Both the position numbers and the translations under genes were made by a program. A model generated the notes under the pieces. The model saw only the letters and a list, made by a program, of their open reading frames with translations. It did no database searches and was not told the origin of the DNA. From assembly GCF_036971445.1 (NCBI RefSeq), contig NC_091470.1, positions 33,976,001 through 34,040,000 on the forward strand: a DNA stretch of 64,000 bases, given 5' to 3'. Of this stretch, positions 51,107-63,354 are shown piece by piece; the stretch's first letter is position 1; each line of letters opens with the position of its first letter. Origin of the DNA: Narcine bancroftii (taxonomy: Eukaryota).

Positions 51107-52161
51107 TAGGTTGTACCTCTCTTATCCAGCAACTCCCATGGACTGGCATATTTAGGTATGTGCCGCTTAATGTCCATTCAGGCAACATGCTCCGCACGTA
51201 CGTTTGAGGTCCCATAATTATTCAGTCCACAGCAATTTAGAAAAGGTGACCGATAGCTATAGGAAATTGTATATTATATACCCAAATTGATCCGACTGCC
51301 CCGCTCTCTCCCCACAGCCCTGTCTTGGTTCCCACACCGTTCCCTCTGTCCTGCTCTCTCCCCACAGCCCCTTGTCAGTCTCCACACTGATACCACTGCC
51401 TCGATCTCTCCCCACAGCCCCACGTCGGTCTTCATACTGATCCCACTGCCCTGCCCTCTCCCCACAGCCCCAGGTCGGTCCCCACACTGATCCCACTGCC
51501 TCGATCTCTCCCCACAGACCTATGTTGGTCCCCACACTGATCCCACAGTCTCAATCTCTCCCAACAGCCCCTTTTCGGTCCCCACACTGATCCCTCTGCC
51601 TCGATCTCTCCCCGCAGACCCATGTCGGTCCCCACACTGATGCCACTGCCCTGCTCTCTCCCCACAGCCCCTTGTCGGTCCCCACTCTGATCCCTACTTA
51701 CAAATAAAAGGTATACAGGTACACTACAGTTTGATAAGTATATAATATGATGTTTGCACAACATCCACATCTCATAACTTCTAATTTCACAGAACGTATC
51801 GCGGATGTTAAGCAGAGCATACCTGTTTACAAACTCCTTGCGGGTATTGCAGAACTTGAACCCTAGTCCTGATCGCTGGTGCTATATTAAAAAAAAGGTT
51901 GAATCCGCCACCGTTTGTACAAACCCCTTACAGATAGTGTGGGACTCGAGCAGCGGTCCCGATGGCTGGCACTGTAAAGGCATTGCACTAACTGCTACGC
52001 TAACCATGCCTCCCCACGGTATTTCCTGTTTTAAGCTTTGTTCAACCTTTAATATCTTTACATAGGGAGTTCCCTTAGGGATCAATTTCTGTTTTCCAGC
52101 ATTTTCTGTGGTCCGGCAGTGGCCAGGTCCCAACATCACCGGATTAAAGAGGTTCAACCTG
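51107..52161. mobile_element. Tigger-like MITE, long copy (inverted relative to 344-654), with internal minisatellite and SINE heads
   Basis: TA|TAGGTTGTACCTCT ... AGAGGTTCAACCTG|TA; 51960-52161 is the reverse complement of ~344-535. Confidence 0.82.
51290..51695. repeat. 50-bp minisatellite, ~8 diverged copies
   Basis: CTCTCCCCACAG...GTCCCCACACTGATCCCACTGCC recurring every 50 nt (51301, 51351, 51401 ... 51651). Confidence 0.88.
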
Positions 52162-53975
52162 TATTTTCTGGCTTTTCTTTCGGCATTGTCCATTTGATAA
52201 CACTAACAATTCTGTTATTCTCAAAGTATATTGAATTTGTGCTTGGAAGAGCAATATATATTATTTCTGTTTACTTTAGTAAAAAATTTTAAAACTACAT
52301 TAATATAATAGATTAGCCTGCATAAAGTTAAGATGCCATTATGAATGAAACAAACCAACTGCAATATCAAATTTTGTTTTTGCCTTTAAATTGATAAATT
52401 TGAAAATAATCTAAATTTGAGCAGTTGAAAACTTGATTGTTTTTCTAATAATGATGGAACATTTAGACCTGTTTCTTTAGAATTAAAGCAGAGGAGTTAT
52501 AAAATGTTTTGTTCCATTTTCTAACTTGTATACCCGGCGTTCATATGTATTTTTCCCCAGTTACATCACTTTGCTATTAATAGCTGATTATTTTGCATTG
52601 AGCTCATCAGTCCATGATCAATCTTGTGACTCCTTCATGGCCATGTGGTTCAACCAGTCATTTGTATATTGTAGTTTGGGAGTCTACTTGAATTTTTCTG
52701 AAATCGTTGTCAGCAATAGATACCAATTTATTACCGCAGTTCTTCTCATGACCCTGTCACAGTTGTCCTTTGACCACTCAGGTGTTCTGTAGCTGATTTC
52801 AGTGAAGATTTCAAAATGAACTGTTTGAAAACCTCATTTGTTATAATTAGGACAGTAAAAGGCCACTGAGTTCATCGCCTTGCTCTTCCTACCCTCAATT
52901 TGTTGAAAGAGTCAAATTCAGGCAAATGAGATTAACATTGATAATCATCGAAATTTGCATGGAAAGAGCCTGTTTCTTTGCTCTGTGATTCTATGAAATT
53001 CTATGTCATTGCACTACTCTTCAACCATCCATCTTGAGTCATTGTCAGAAAAATTCTAGTTAATTCTCTCAATTTTGCAGGTAATCAACCAAAGCTCTGG
53101 AAAATGATGATTTGTCATGACAGTAATCTAATCTTCACAATTTTAAATTAACTCTTCCTTCCAAATAGTTTTATCATTACATCATGTAAACTACCAATCT
53201 GGTAAACATTGTACATTGATTCTATAGGTGTGATATTTAACCAATTCACTAACTAGTATATGAACTATCACTTCTAAACTAGATATATATAACCCTTTGA
53301 ACCTTTTGTAACAAAGTGACATAAAAGTGGTGTCCCTTTTCCTTATTCTCTCTTGCATTGTTTCTAAATCCTCTTTTGATTGGAGTCAGAAAGATCAAGC
53401 TATGTAATTGAATTTTAATAGTTCTGGACTTTAAAATTTGATTGTCAAATGGATGGTGACTTGGTGTTTCCTAGTTTTGATGTTCACCCTAAAATATGAA
53501 AGAATCTTTACCACCCCCTACATATTCCACTCTGAGTTGCATGTCATTTTAACTTAAAGTCTTACAACATTACTGGGCCTAAAGTTTGGAACTTCCCTCC
53601 AACAACATTGGTTGTTGAGTTGGAAGTTTACCAAAATTATTGCAATGGTTCAAGAAGATAGTTCACTTCCTTCTCTAGTGCTATTAAAGATGGGCAATAA
53701 TTACCTGTGCCATCCATATTCCCCCCCCAAATAAAACTAATAAAGTAAAAATCTACAATTTAATATTTAAAATCTAGTGCTTTCATGGTGACATTAACCA
53801 CGAAAAGATTGAATTGTTTGACAAATCCATCTGTTTATTCATGTCATTCTTACCCTTTTTGTCAATATGTGATCAATGTGGTTAACACTTAATTATCTAC
53901 TAAACTCGGGTGGACAAAAATGCCATTGCTAAAGTGTCATCTGCATATATTCACTCACAAGTGTGAGTGTGTATA

Positions 53976-54520
53976 CAGGTATCCTCTGCTATGCAAATGT
54001 AGAGTGTTCCTATGAAACTGAAGCCGAAATGGTGTGAAGTGAAGAAGAAATTACCATAAATTTATGTGGGAAAATTTTTTGAGCATTCTCAGACCCCAAA
54101 AATAACCTATCAAATCATACTGGATTCATCTAATGCAGTGGCTTTATACACACACACCTTTTTCTTCTCCCTTGCCCACTCACTGCTTCTCACCTCTAGC
54201 CTCTTATTCCTCAGCTGGTGCTGCCTGTGGGCATCTCTCCTGGGGCCGACTCCTTTCACCCCAGACCTCCTCCTCCCCCCCAACACACTGAGCTCCCTGC
54301 GCTCAGTACCTCCCTTGCTCTGTCCTCTTCCTCCTCCTCCTCCTCCCTTTTGTGCTCAACTTATTAAGCCTTGTCACTGTTTGTTTTGCTCATTGCTACC
54401 ACCCCGAGTCTGGCCGCAGCAACTGAAAGCCCTTCTGTGACTTTTTGCTCAGATTAGCGAAAACCGGTTCTAATGTAGATCTTTCATAAGACAAAGTTTC
54501 AAAAAGCAGAGGAATACCTG
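53976..54520. mobile_element. Tigger-like MITE
   Basis: TA|CAGGTATCCTCTGCT ... AGCAGAGGAATACCTG|TA. Confidence 0.7.
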
Positions 54521-55063
54521 TATAATAAAACAAGAAGACCAAATATGAAATGCAGAATACACTGCTGAGGAATCCTTTTCCATCAAGGTTTGTGGCAAAT
54601 TTGAGTCAGTTGAAAATGTCAGGATTAAGGTAAATCTTTTGTTGTAATTTAAAGTATCAAACTTATTTACCAAACACAATAGTACATACTATTCTTGTGT
54701 ACTCAAAAACAGATTAAAGGGAGCTCACACAAGTTTGCAAAATAGTATCAAAGTAGTATTTGGGAAATTTGAACTTGCACTATTCTTGCATTAAGAAACA
54801 AAACCCCATTGATCAAACTATTTACAGAATGGTCATGCAAGACAATGTCATTTCCACAGAGAAAACCGCACAGACTATAATCCAAATTGAATTTTGGAAG
54901 GGAAGCTCCAAAAATATGAAACCAATAGAAGTTTGTTGAGTACTGTCTTTTAAAGCATAGTATTTTGCATGAAAAATATTGCTAATGTAATTATGTATTT
55001 TAAATGGGTCCATTGTATTTCTGTAAAATTCAAAGAGCTTTCAAAGAAATTTTATTTCTGCAG

Positions 55064-55149
55064 GTGATTAGTAGTGCCTTGAGAGTCTGGGGTTTAGAGA
55101 TTACCCTCTTCAACAGCCCAGAATATCAGCGATTAAGGATTGATCCAGT
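55064..55149 (+). CDS. ATXN3: ATXN3 exon 4
   Basis: VISSALRVWGLEITLFNSPEYQRLRIDP; 86 nt; CAG / GTAAGA. Confidence 0.95.
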
Positions 55150-55405
55150 GTAAGACACGTTATATATAAATACAGTGTGCTTTCATTGTTTTTTTTAATT
55201 GAAATTGTAATTACTGTTTCTGTGGATCTTAATTTTAATTTTCAGATTTTGGACTCATTTTGTCAAATTATTCTCTTAAAACAGTCACAAATAAATAGTG
55301 ACCATTTTGTTTGGAATTAGACATTTTGAAAAATTAAATTGTTTTTTTCATCAAATTCCTTGTGAAACAGTTTAAGGTCTATCCACATGTTTGTTGTTTC
55401 CACAG

Positions 55406-55472
55406 AATTGAAAGGGCATTTATATGCAACTACAAAGAACATTGGTTTACAGTACGAAAATTAGGAAATCAG
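55406..55472 (+). CDS. ATXN3: ATXN3 exon 5 (catalytic His119)
   Basis: IERAFICNYKEHWFTVRKLGNQ; 67 nt; CAG / GTAGTT. Confidence 0.96.
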
Positions 55473-56061
55473 GTAGTTTACTCTTTAATGTTAAAGAATT
55501 GGTATGGAATTTAAAATCACACCTTCAAATGTGAGAAAATTCAAGCATTCCTTTTATAATTTTTTCCAATATTTTTCATGATTGTTTCACATCTATTTGA
55601 TAGCAAGAATTTTCAGTTTTCCACTAACAAATTTTTAGACTTGCTACAGTTAGTTACCGCTACTTCATGAATCTGCATTTAATTAACATCAACTGGAGAG
55701 AAAAGAAAGTGTTTTTTGTGAAGATGCAATACTTTAAACTACTGCTACAAAAATGCAGTTTATGTTCAGCAGATGGTCTTTTTTTTTGGCTGAATGGGTT
55801 TCTCACTCCCTACATCATCAACATGGTGATATTAGTGATAATCAAGCTGATAAACAATGACATTGTATCTCTGCAGCCTTTTACACAATGAATCACAGGT
55901 ACAGTATTTCAACACTTTCCTGAGGTCCAGGCTAAAATCAAATGAATACAAAAGGAACCAAACAATAGTAACACTAGCAAGGATCTTTCCATCTCTCTTG
56001 TCCTTGATGGATTAGTTCTGAATTTCCTCCTTCCTATCCCAGATCATCTATCCTTAATAAG

Positions 56062-56261
56062 CAGCCATTCTCAACGGGGGCCAGACTGCCCTTCTGGGGG
56101 CACAGCACATGGTCTGTAATCATAAAATAATCATTTTTGTATTTAATTGGTAGAAGTACGGTTAAAAAAAAATCAAACTTGACAAGGAAGGGGGGCCCAT
56201 AAACTTTGAGCAGAGTCCTAAGGTGGCCAGGCCATAACCTAAAAAAGGTTGAGAATGGCTG
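56062..56261. mobile_element. hAT-like MITE, 200 bp
   Basis: Perfect 14-bp TIR CAGCCATTCTCAAC / GTTGAGAATGGCTG; no clear 8-bp TSD. Confidence 0.65.
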
Positions 56262-56319
56262 AAAACAGGTCCCTCAGTCCAACGTATCCATGCTGACCAA
56301 GCTCCCATTTTAATTTCCC

Positions 56320-56770
56320 ATCCCGCTCCCTTGCTGACATGCCTGTCCATGGTCTCATCTAATGCTAGACCAAGGCAACGTGCAAATTGGAGGAGCAACA
56401 CCATCTTCTGACTGTGCACCCTCCAACCAGATGCTATTAACATCAACTTTTCTGGTTTCCTTTAGACCTTCCCCTCCCTCCCCAGTCTCCTTTCCTCCAG
56501 TTCTGTTTCTCTCTCTTTTCCCTATCTCCTTTCACAGAGCAAAAATCAATTCTCACCTTTCATCTTATCAAATTCAATTAGCACCTTTTGTTTGTTGGCC
56601 TGGACTTCTCCCCCTCCCATTCTTCCCCCTTTTTCTCATAATTTATTCTGATGCCTGTCTGCTTTTTACTTGTACCTTGAAGAAGGGCTCAGGCTAGAAA
56701 TCAGTAATATATCCTTACTTTCTATGGATTCTGTGAGACCAGCTGAGTTCCACCAGCATTTACTGTGTGT
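56320..56770 (+). mobile_element. Penelope-like element 3' remnant
   Basis: KLEEQH..F..TLQP remnant, pyrimidine-rich tract, TTGAAGAAGGGCTCAGGCTAGAAA motif and TGAGTTCCACCAGCAT end motif. Confidence 0.6.
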
Positions 56771-58958
56771 TTTGACCAAGTTATTTACCCAGGCTACTTC
56801 TACTTAACTGCATTCAGCCCATATCCCTCTAAACCTTTTTTATCTATATAGGTATTTGTCTAAAAATCGTGAAGTTTTGAAAATTGTTCCCACCGTCACC
56901 ATTTCTTCTGTACTTCCACCACCCTGTTTGTGAAAAAGGTGCACATCGGTCCATTTTAAATCTTTCTCCTCTCACCACAAATCTACGTTCCCTCTTTTTA
57001 GATTCCCCTATCCTGGGGGTGGGGGGAAACCTGACAATTTATCTTATCTATGCCCTCATGATTTTATTAAGCCTCAGCATTCCATGTTCTCAGTCTATCC
57101 AGCTTCTTATACAATAATTCAAGTCCACCAGCCATAGTAATAATCTTCTGAATCTTCTCTGCATCCTTTCCACTTAAATGATATCGTTCCTACAGCTGGG
57201 TATCCAGAATGGTGCATAATACTCCATTTGTGGTCTCCCCAAAGTCTTGAACAGCTGCAGCATGCTCTTGTACTCAGTGTCCATATTGATGAAGGCAAGT
57301 ATGCCAAATGCCACCTTCATTACCATGTCTGCCTATGTCATCATTTTCATGGAATTAGTATTTGTATTTCTTTGTCCCTCTATTCTACAACACTCTCCCA
57401 GGACCTGCCATTTACTAATTAAGAATTGTCCTTGTGCTTGTCAAGAGTTAAAAATCCTTGGTATCTTCTTCATGACTTTGCGACTTCATCTGTTTTTGCT
57501 GATGGGACCACATGTACCATTATACTTTTTGTCCCAGCCAGTCAGACTTATTGACTGCTATCTTGTCTTGAATAAGATGTAGCTATCTGAGTGGACCAAA
57601 ATCATTTGGTCTGCATTATAAGTTCTGTTCCATGGCTTGCCAATAATTTCATCTGCCTCCCAGGCCACTGTTTCAAATTGAACCAGATTACAAATTGGAT
57701 GATTTACTGGATTGTGAGCTGAATCTCTTGACTCCTCTTGTCCTCATCATTACAGATCACCTGAAACCACTTTTAACTCAGCTACTGAAACCCTTGTGCC
57801 TTGCACCTCTCAGAATTAACCATTGCAATATTTTATTTGCCTATGAAATCTTACACCCTCTTCATCAACTTCATTTACAAAATCTGCAGCTTTATCCTAT
57901 CTTGTTTTTCCCTTTCTTCCTGACCATCTGTTCTCAAATGCTTCAATATCGAATTTCTCATTCTATTGCTTGAACCCTTTCCCGGCCCTTCCATCTGATT
58001 TCTGTTACTATCAAGAGCCACACTTCTATTGTCTATTCTAATGCCCCTTTGGAGATCAGTCTGCATTTACCCATGTTTCACAATCTGATATTGGCTCCCT
58101 AACTTTTTTAAATAAAGTTTTTGTAAATTGAGTTTCTTTACTCTTCTGCATTGCTTCAATATTATTCTCAATTATGTGTCCTAAAAGCAGAGTATGCAAT
58201 ATTTTTAAATGGTATCTCTTTAAACAAGGATGGAATTTTATTTTTGTTTTAAACACACTGAGCTTTATATAGATGCTTGAAGTCATACATTTATAATTTT
58301 TTTTTAAAAAAAAAAGGATAAAATCAAATTTCCTGCTTCCTCAGAAGACAGATTTTCTGCATGGTGAAACATTCAATCCATTAAAAACATTTTGTGTTTG
58401 GTCTCCATCTGCTGAGCTGGTTTTGATAGTTGTAACTGCACTTTGTTTCTCCTATTATTGTAGGGTTTGGAAGTCAATGGTGTAGATTTTGAGGTCAGCA
58501 AAAAGCCTCTGACCACTAAACAAAGTGTGAACTTGTGCAATTTTCATTCCTTTACCCCCTACCCCAAACCTGATCCTTAGTCATGGAGAACCTCCGACAT
58601 TTAACATCATTAGAGAGGAGTCAGAATGAAATACAGCTGGTTGAACTATTCTCCTGATTTTGCCTAAACTGGTAAATTCATTAAAATAATTAGAAATCAC
58701 TTACCAATATTCAAAAACTTTAAAAACAAAACAAAAAATATTAGGTTAAAACTGCTTTTAAAGATTTAGCCAATTTAAATCTAAATTAACAAAATGTCAG
58801 TTTACCTCTAGGTGGCGTGGCACACTTTATGTATTTTCTGGCAGAAGTTTAAGGAATAATGGATAAATTTTTAAAATAAGTTAATGTGAAGATTATGCAT
58901 CTCTCCAATAAATATGTTATAGATGTAAAGAATAACTGATGCTTTCTTTTCTGGTTAG

Positions 58959-59046
58959 TGGTTTAACCTGAATTCTTTATTGACGGGTCCAGAGTTGATC
59001 TCCAACACCTACCTCGCCCTCTTCCTGGCTCAATTACAGCAAGAAG
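58959..59046 (+). CDS. ATXN3: ATXN3 exon 6 (catalytic Asn134); I found no later exon in the window
   Basis: WFNLNSLLTGPELISNTYLALFLAQLQQE; 88 nt; TAG / GTATCC. Confidence 0.96.
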
Positions 59047-59358
59047 GTATCCCTTGTTCAATATCCCTGAAAATTATTTTACTTTTAATATGAATAAAGA
59101 AAATTGTAGATTAGCCTTTGATGCAAGGAGCTTGGAACATGAAGGTAAGGAGATCTAGCTGCAATTGTTCAGGATTTCACAATTTCACAAGCCAGTTTAA
59201 GTCTCCGAACTGGAGGAAAGATAGTCATGATTTTTTTTTTAGGTGGTGCAGAATGGGTAGATTCATGGGTGAAGAAATGTGAAATTGTAGTCAATGTTCT
59301 CTATAATTCAGCAATATGAGATGTGATCTCTTTGAAACTAGATTTCAATATTCTATTT

Positions 59359-59598
59359 TTTTGAAATTTAGAGATAAAGCACAGTAACAGGCCTATTTGA
59401 CCCATGAGTCCATGCCACCTAAAAACACCAATTAATATACAAACCCTGTATGTTTCTCGAGGGAGGGCAGAAACCGGGGCATCCAAAGGAAACCCACGCA
59501 GGTCAAGGGGAGAACATAAAAACTCCTTTCGGACAGCGCCAGATTCGAACCCGGTTCAATGGCGCTGTAAGCATTGCACTAACTGTTTTGTTAACCCT
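59359..59598 (-). mobile_element. HE1/V-SINE-like SINE
   Basis: B-box-like GGGTTCGAATC and the shared core/tail on the minus strand. Confidence 0.78.
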
Positions 59599-59599
59599 A

Positions 59600-60725
59600 C
59601 TTTTTTTTGAATACTTTATAAATTTTAAACCTCAATAATAATTACATTACATCCAATTCTAAATTATTTCAAAAGATGTTATATATGTGGTATATATCCT
59701 CCCATGCCCCTCAACCCACCTCCCAATTCCCCCACCCCTAAAGTAAGAAAAAAGAAAAGAAAGAAGAAAAACCAGAGAATTCCAAGAAAATAAAACATTT
59801 ATGCAATAAGGTCTATTGAAGGTTACCAAGAAATGAGGTCTTTGAGGTCTTCAGAGGGTCACTCATAACATGTAAACCAAAATTTTGTAAATATAGGCTT
59901 CATATTTTCCAAAAAGCGCATTTATCTCGCAAATTTTAAGTAATTTTCTCTAATGGTATACAACTACAAAGTTCTGTGTGCCATCTTTTCATGCCTAAAT
60001 CTATTTTTTACTTCCATGATATTGCTATACATTTCCTAGAAACTACTAAAGCAATTAACCCAAATTAAATTTGATAACTATTTAATTTTAATTTTGGTCT
60101 TATAATATTACTCAATAAAAATAACCTCAAGTCCTGTGGGAATTTGATCCCCATAATTTGTTCCAAAAAAATTACCTACCCTTAACCAAAATTGTCTATC
60201 TTTAGAATATTGCCAAGTTGAATTTAAAAAAAAGTTGCAACCTCAAATCTACACCTAAAATGTAAATCTGAAACAGCAGGATTTAATCTATTTAATTTTT
60301 GTGGAGTCAAATATAATTGATGTAAAAAATTATATTGAACTAACATATATCATACATTTCAAAGTTTAGTCATATTCTTCTTACATAACTATTCAATCCT
60401 TTTCACTTACTTGAGTATTTAAATCTATTTCCCATCTTAATCTAGATGTATGCACCTGAGTTTTGAAGGCCTTAATTTGAAGTAAGTTAAAAAATGACTG
60501 AAATAAATTTATTTACAATAGTATTACAAATCAATAATTCTAATTCAGATTGATTAGGTAACAAAGTAGGACCTATTTTGGCAAATAAGAAAGCTTTAAC
60601 TTGGTGATAACAAAATAAAATATTATCTTTCCCTCATTCTTTCAAATGTATACATCTCACATCCTCAAAACAATCTTCAATCCTCTTAGAACCCTTCCAC
60701 CTCCAAATCATCAAAAATTAGTTTA
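59600..60725 (-). mobile_element. Degraded L1-clade LINE 3' fragment
   Basis: Minus strand YNFLHQLYLTPQKLNRL and KCIAISWK motifs; poly(T) at the left end; related to the 3990-4925 element. Confidence 0.65.
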
Positions 60726-61179
60726 TTAACCTTAGTGAGAGGCATTTACTTTATAGATGTTGAGAAGTATTCTGAAAAAATCTAGAAGTTTAGAGCTTAA
60801 TACAATAAGTGGTTGGGTATTTAAGGCACTCGAAGTGCAAAATAAGATATCTTTGTTTGAAGGTCTTTAAAACTTTGGAATTCCCTATCCTAGTGGGTGA
60901 GTGCATTGAAGCTAAAATTATTGGACACCAATGGAATTATAGGACATGAGAATCAATGTGGAAAAGATTATGGCAGCTGTTTTTATTTAACAACATGATC
61001 TTGCTCAACATTGGAGCAGACCTTAATGGGCTGTTTTTACTTCTGGGTTTAATTTTTTTATTCATTCAAGGGATTATAGGGTTCACAGGCTGAGCCAAAA
61101 TTTAATTGCCCATTCCAAAACTGTTGATGAGCTGGATGGTGTGTGGCTTGGAGGGCAACTTCCAGAAGGGTGCCGTTTG

Positions 61180-62100
61180 CATGTTTTTCAAGTTCAAGTT
61201 TATTATCATTTGACTGGACACCATGGTCCAGAGTGTTTCTCTGGGCCACAGAGCACATACATAATAAGCACATATAAACAAAAAATATATAAATGTGTAT
61301 AAATATTTCAGAATAATTTTCATTATAAGAGACAGGGTTACAGGATGCCGTTCATCAATCTCAGAGACTGCGGGAAGAAGCTATTTCCCAGCCTGGAAGT
61401 CCTGGTTTTAATTTTGATTTTTTTTTAAATTTCGAGATACAGCACATTAACAAGTCCTTCCAGCCCATGATCCCTTGCTGGCCAAATACATCCATGTCAC
61501 CAAATAACCTACTGATCCTGTACGCCTTTGGAAACCGAAACACCCAGAGGAAACTCCAGGCAGTCACGGGAAGAACATTCAAACTCCTTTGAGATAGCGT
61601 GGGATTTGAATCCAGGTCGCTGTCACTGTAATAGCATTGCACTAACTGCTGTGTCCCCTGTACAACCATATCATTCATTCTGATGCTCCAGTACCTCCTT
61701 CCTGATGGTATAGGTCAAAGATCCTATGAGATGGATGGTAGGGATTCTCGCTAATTCTTTGAGTCCTATTTAAGCAACGCTCCCAGTGAATGCTGTCAAT
61801 AGAGGAAAGGGAGATTCTAGTGATCTTCTCAACTGTTTTAAACCCCTTTGTATTGACTTTGAGTCCAATGTTTTGCAGCTGTCATACCCTACAATGATGC
61901 AGCCAGACAAGATATTCTCAATTGTACTCCTGTAAATTGTTGTCAGCGTGGGAGCCAGTAGCCTTTCCCTCCTTAACCTCATTTGAGGAGTCTTGGTGAA
62001 TTACTGTGAGGCATCCTCCAGATGATACAAACTGTTGCTACTTTGTATCAATGGTGGAATAAGCGAATGATTATGGATAGGGTCCCTGTCACATGGACTG
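61180..62100 (-). mobile_element. Rex1/Babar LINE fragment with a SINE inserted at ~61420-61650
   Basis: LTTIYRSTIENILSGCIIVGY motif; (TTCAAG)2 TTTATT tail; SINE core on the minus strand. Confidence 0.65.
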
Positions 62101-62131
62101 TTAAGTCCTGTGTGGTATGGAGCATCTAGAC

Positions 62132-63354
62132 CACACATGTCAAACTCTGGCCCGCGGGCCAAATTTGGCCCGCAATATAATTATATTTGGCCCGCAAGAT
62201 CATTTCAAAAATGTATTAGAGGTGGCCCGCTGGCTGCCGCGCCAGTATAGCGCATGCACAGTAATACAACAAATCCCAGAATGCATTGGCGTCAGCCTGC
62301 TAATCGCCCCTACCTCCTCTGTTTACGTTGCAGGGTCTCACCTTGGAGTCTGGTTTTGGGGCCTGGCCGGTGTCAGGGGAAGCCAAGGCCGCTTCCCAGT
62401 GCCCGGAACCGGAGGCCTCGGGCCTGACCTCGCCAGGACCGTTGCCCACTCCACCTCCCTGCCGAAGGCCGACCTGCGACTCACGGTGACGGGGCCGCTG
62501 ATCCGCCGAGATGTCCCCGCACTGTCGTGTCCCCCCGCCCGCCTCCCCACCGCAGCGCAGCCTGGCCGGTGTCAGGGGAAGCCAAGGCCGCTTCCCAGTG
62601 CCCGGAACCGGAGGCCTCGGGCCTGACCTCGCCAGGACCGTTGCCCACTCCCCCTCCCTGCCGCAGGCCGACCCGCGACTCACGGTGACGGGGCCGCTGA
62701 TCCGCCGAGATGCCGCCCTGCAGCGAGAGCCGATGCCCCCGCACTGTCGTTGTCCAACCCGATTGCCCGCAAACCCCGCCCTCCCGCACACCGGCCTGAG
62801 TAAGGATTATGAACTTTAATCTCAGGATAAAACAATCTTCCAATAGTTTCATGTCACAGTGATAAATATATTCCTGGTTAAAAATGGTCCTGCAGCTGGA
62901 TACAAGCTCATTAGGCATAAAACTTGAAAAGTGTGTAAATCAAAGGATATCTGTACCAATGGAAAAAGGGCATGGTAAATAACCCTGCTAGAGTTCATGC
63001 CCACAATCAGTCACCCATTTGATTGTTTCAGGAATCATGTTATTCTCCCACATTCTCAATAGCCCTCAGATTTTACTATTCGACAGCACACTAGCAACAT
63101 TTGACAAATCCTCTATAGAGAAATATTATTTATTGAATATTTTATTTCTCATTTGTTAATGCTTCTGGAAAGAGTTTATCCAAAACTATTATTAAACATT
63201 TATTTTAATAAGAAAAAGTTTAACATTACATATGTTGAAAGAAGAGAAAACATGCAGATGTTGTTGAAAATTTTCAATAAATATTTAGTATGGCCCTCGA
63301 CTTAGTCCAAGTTTTTAATTTTGGCCCTCCGTGAATTTGAGTTTGACACCCCTG
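62132..63354. mobile_element. Non-autonomous hAT (Charlie-like) transposon
   Basis: 8-bp TSD ATCTAGAC (62124-62131, 63355-63362); TIRs CACACATGTCAAACTC / CAGGGGTGTCAAACTC; subterminal TGGCCC repeats. Confidence 0.88.

Noticed and set aside
62117-62918. GC-rich ORFs or a CpG-island promoter of a nested gene
   Set aside because: Lies wholly inside a TSD/TIR-bounded hAT element; the ORFs reflect GC content and an internal duplication, with no transposase motifs.
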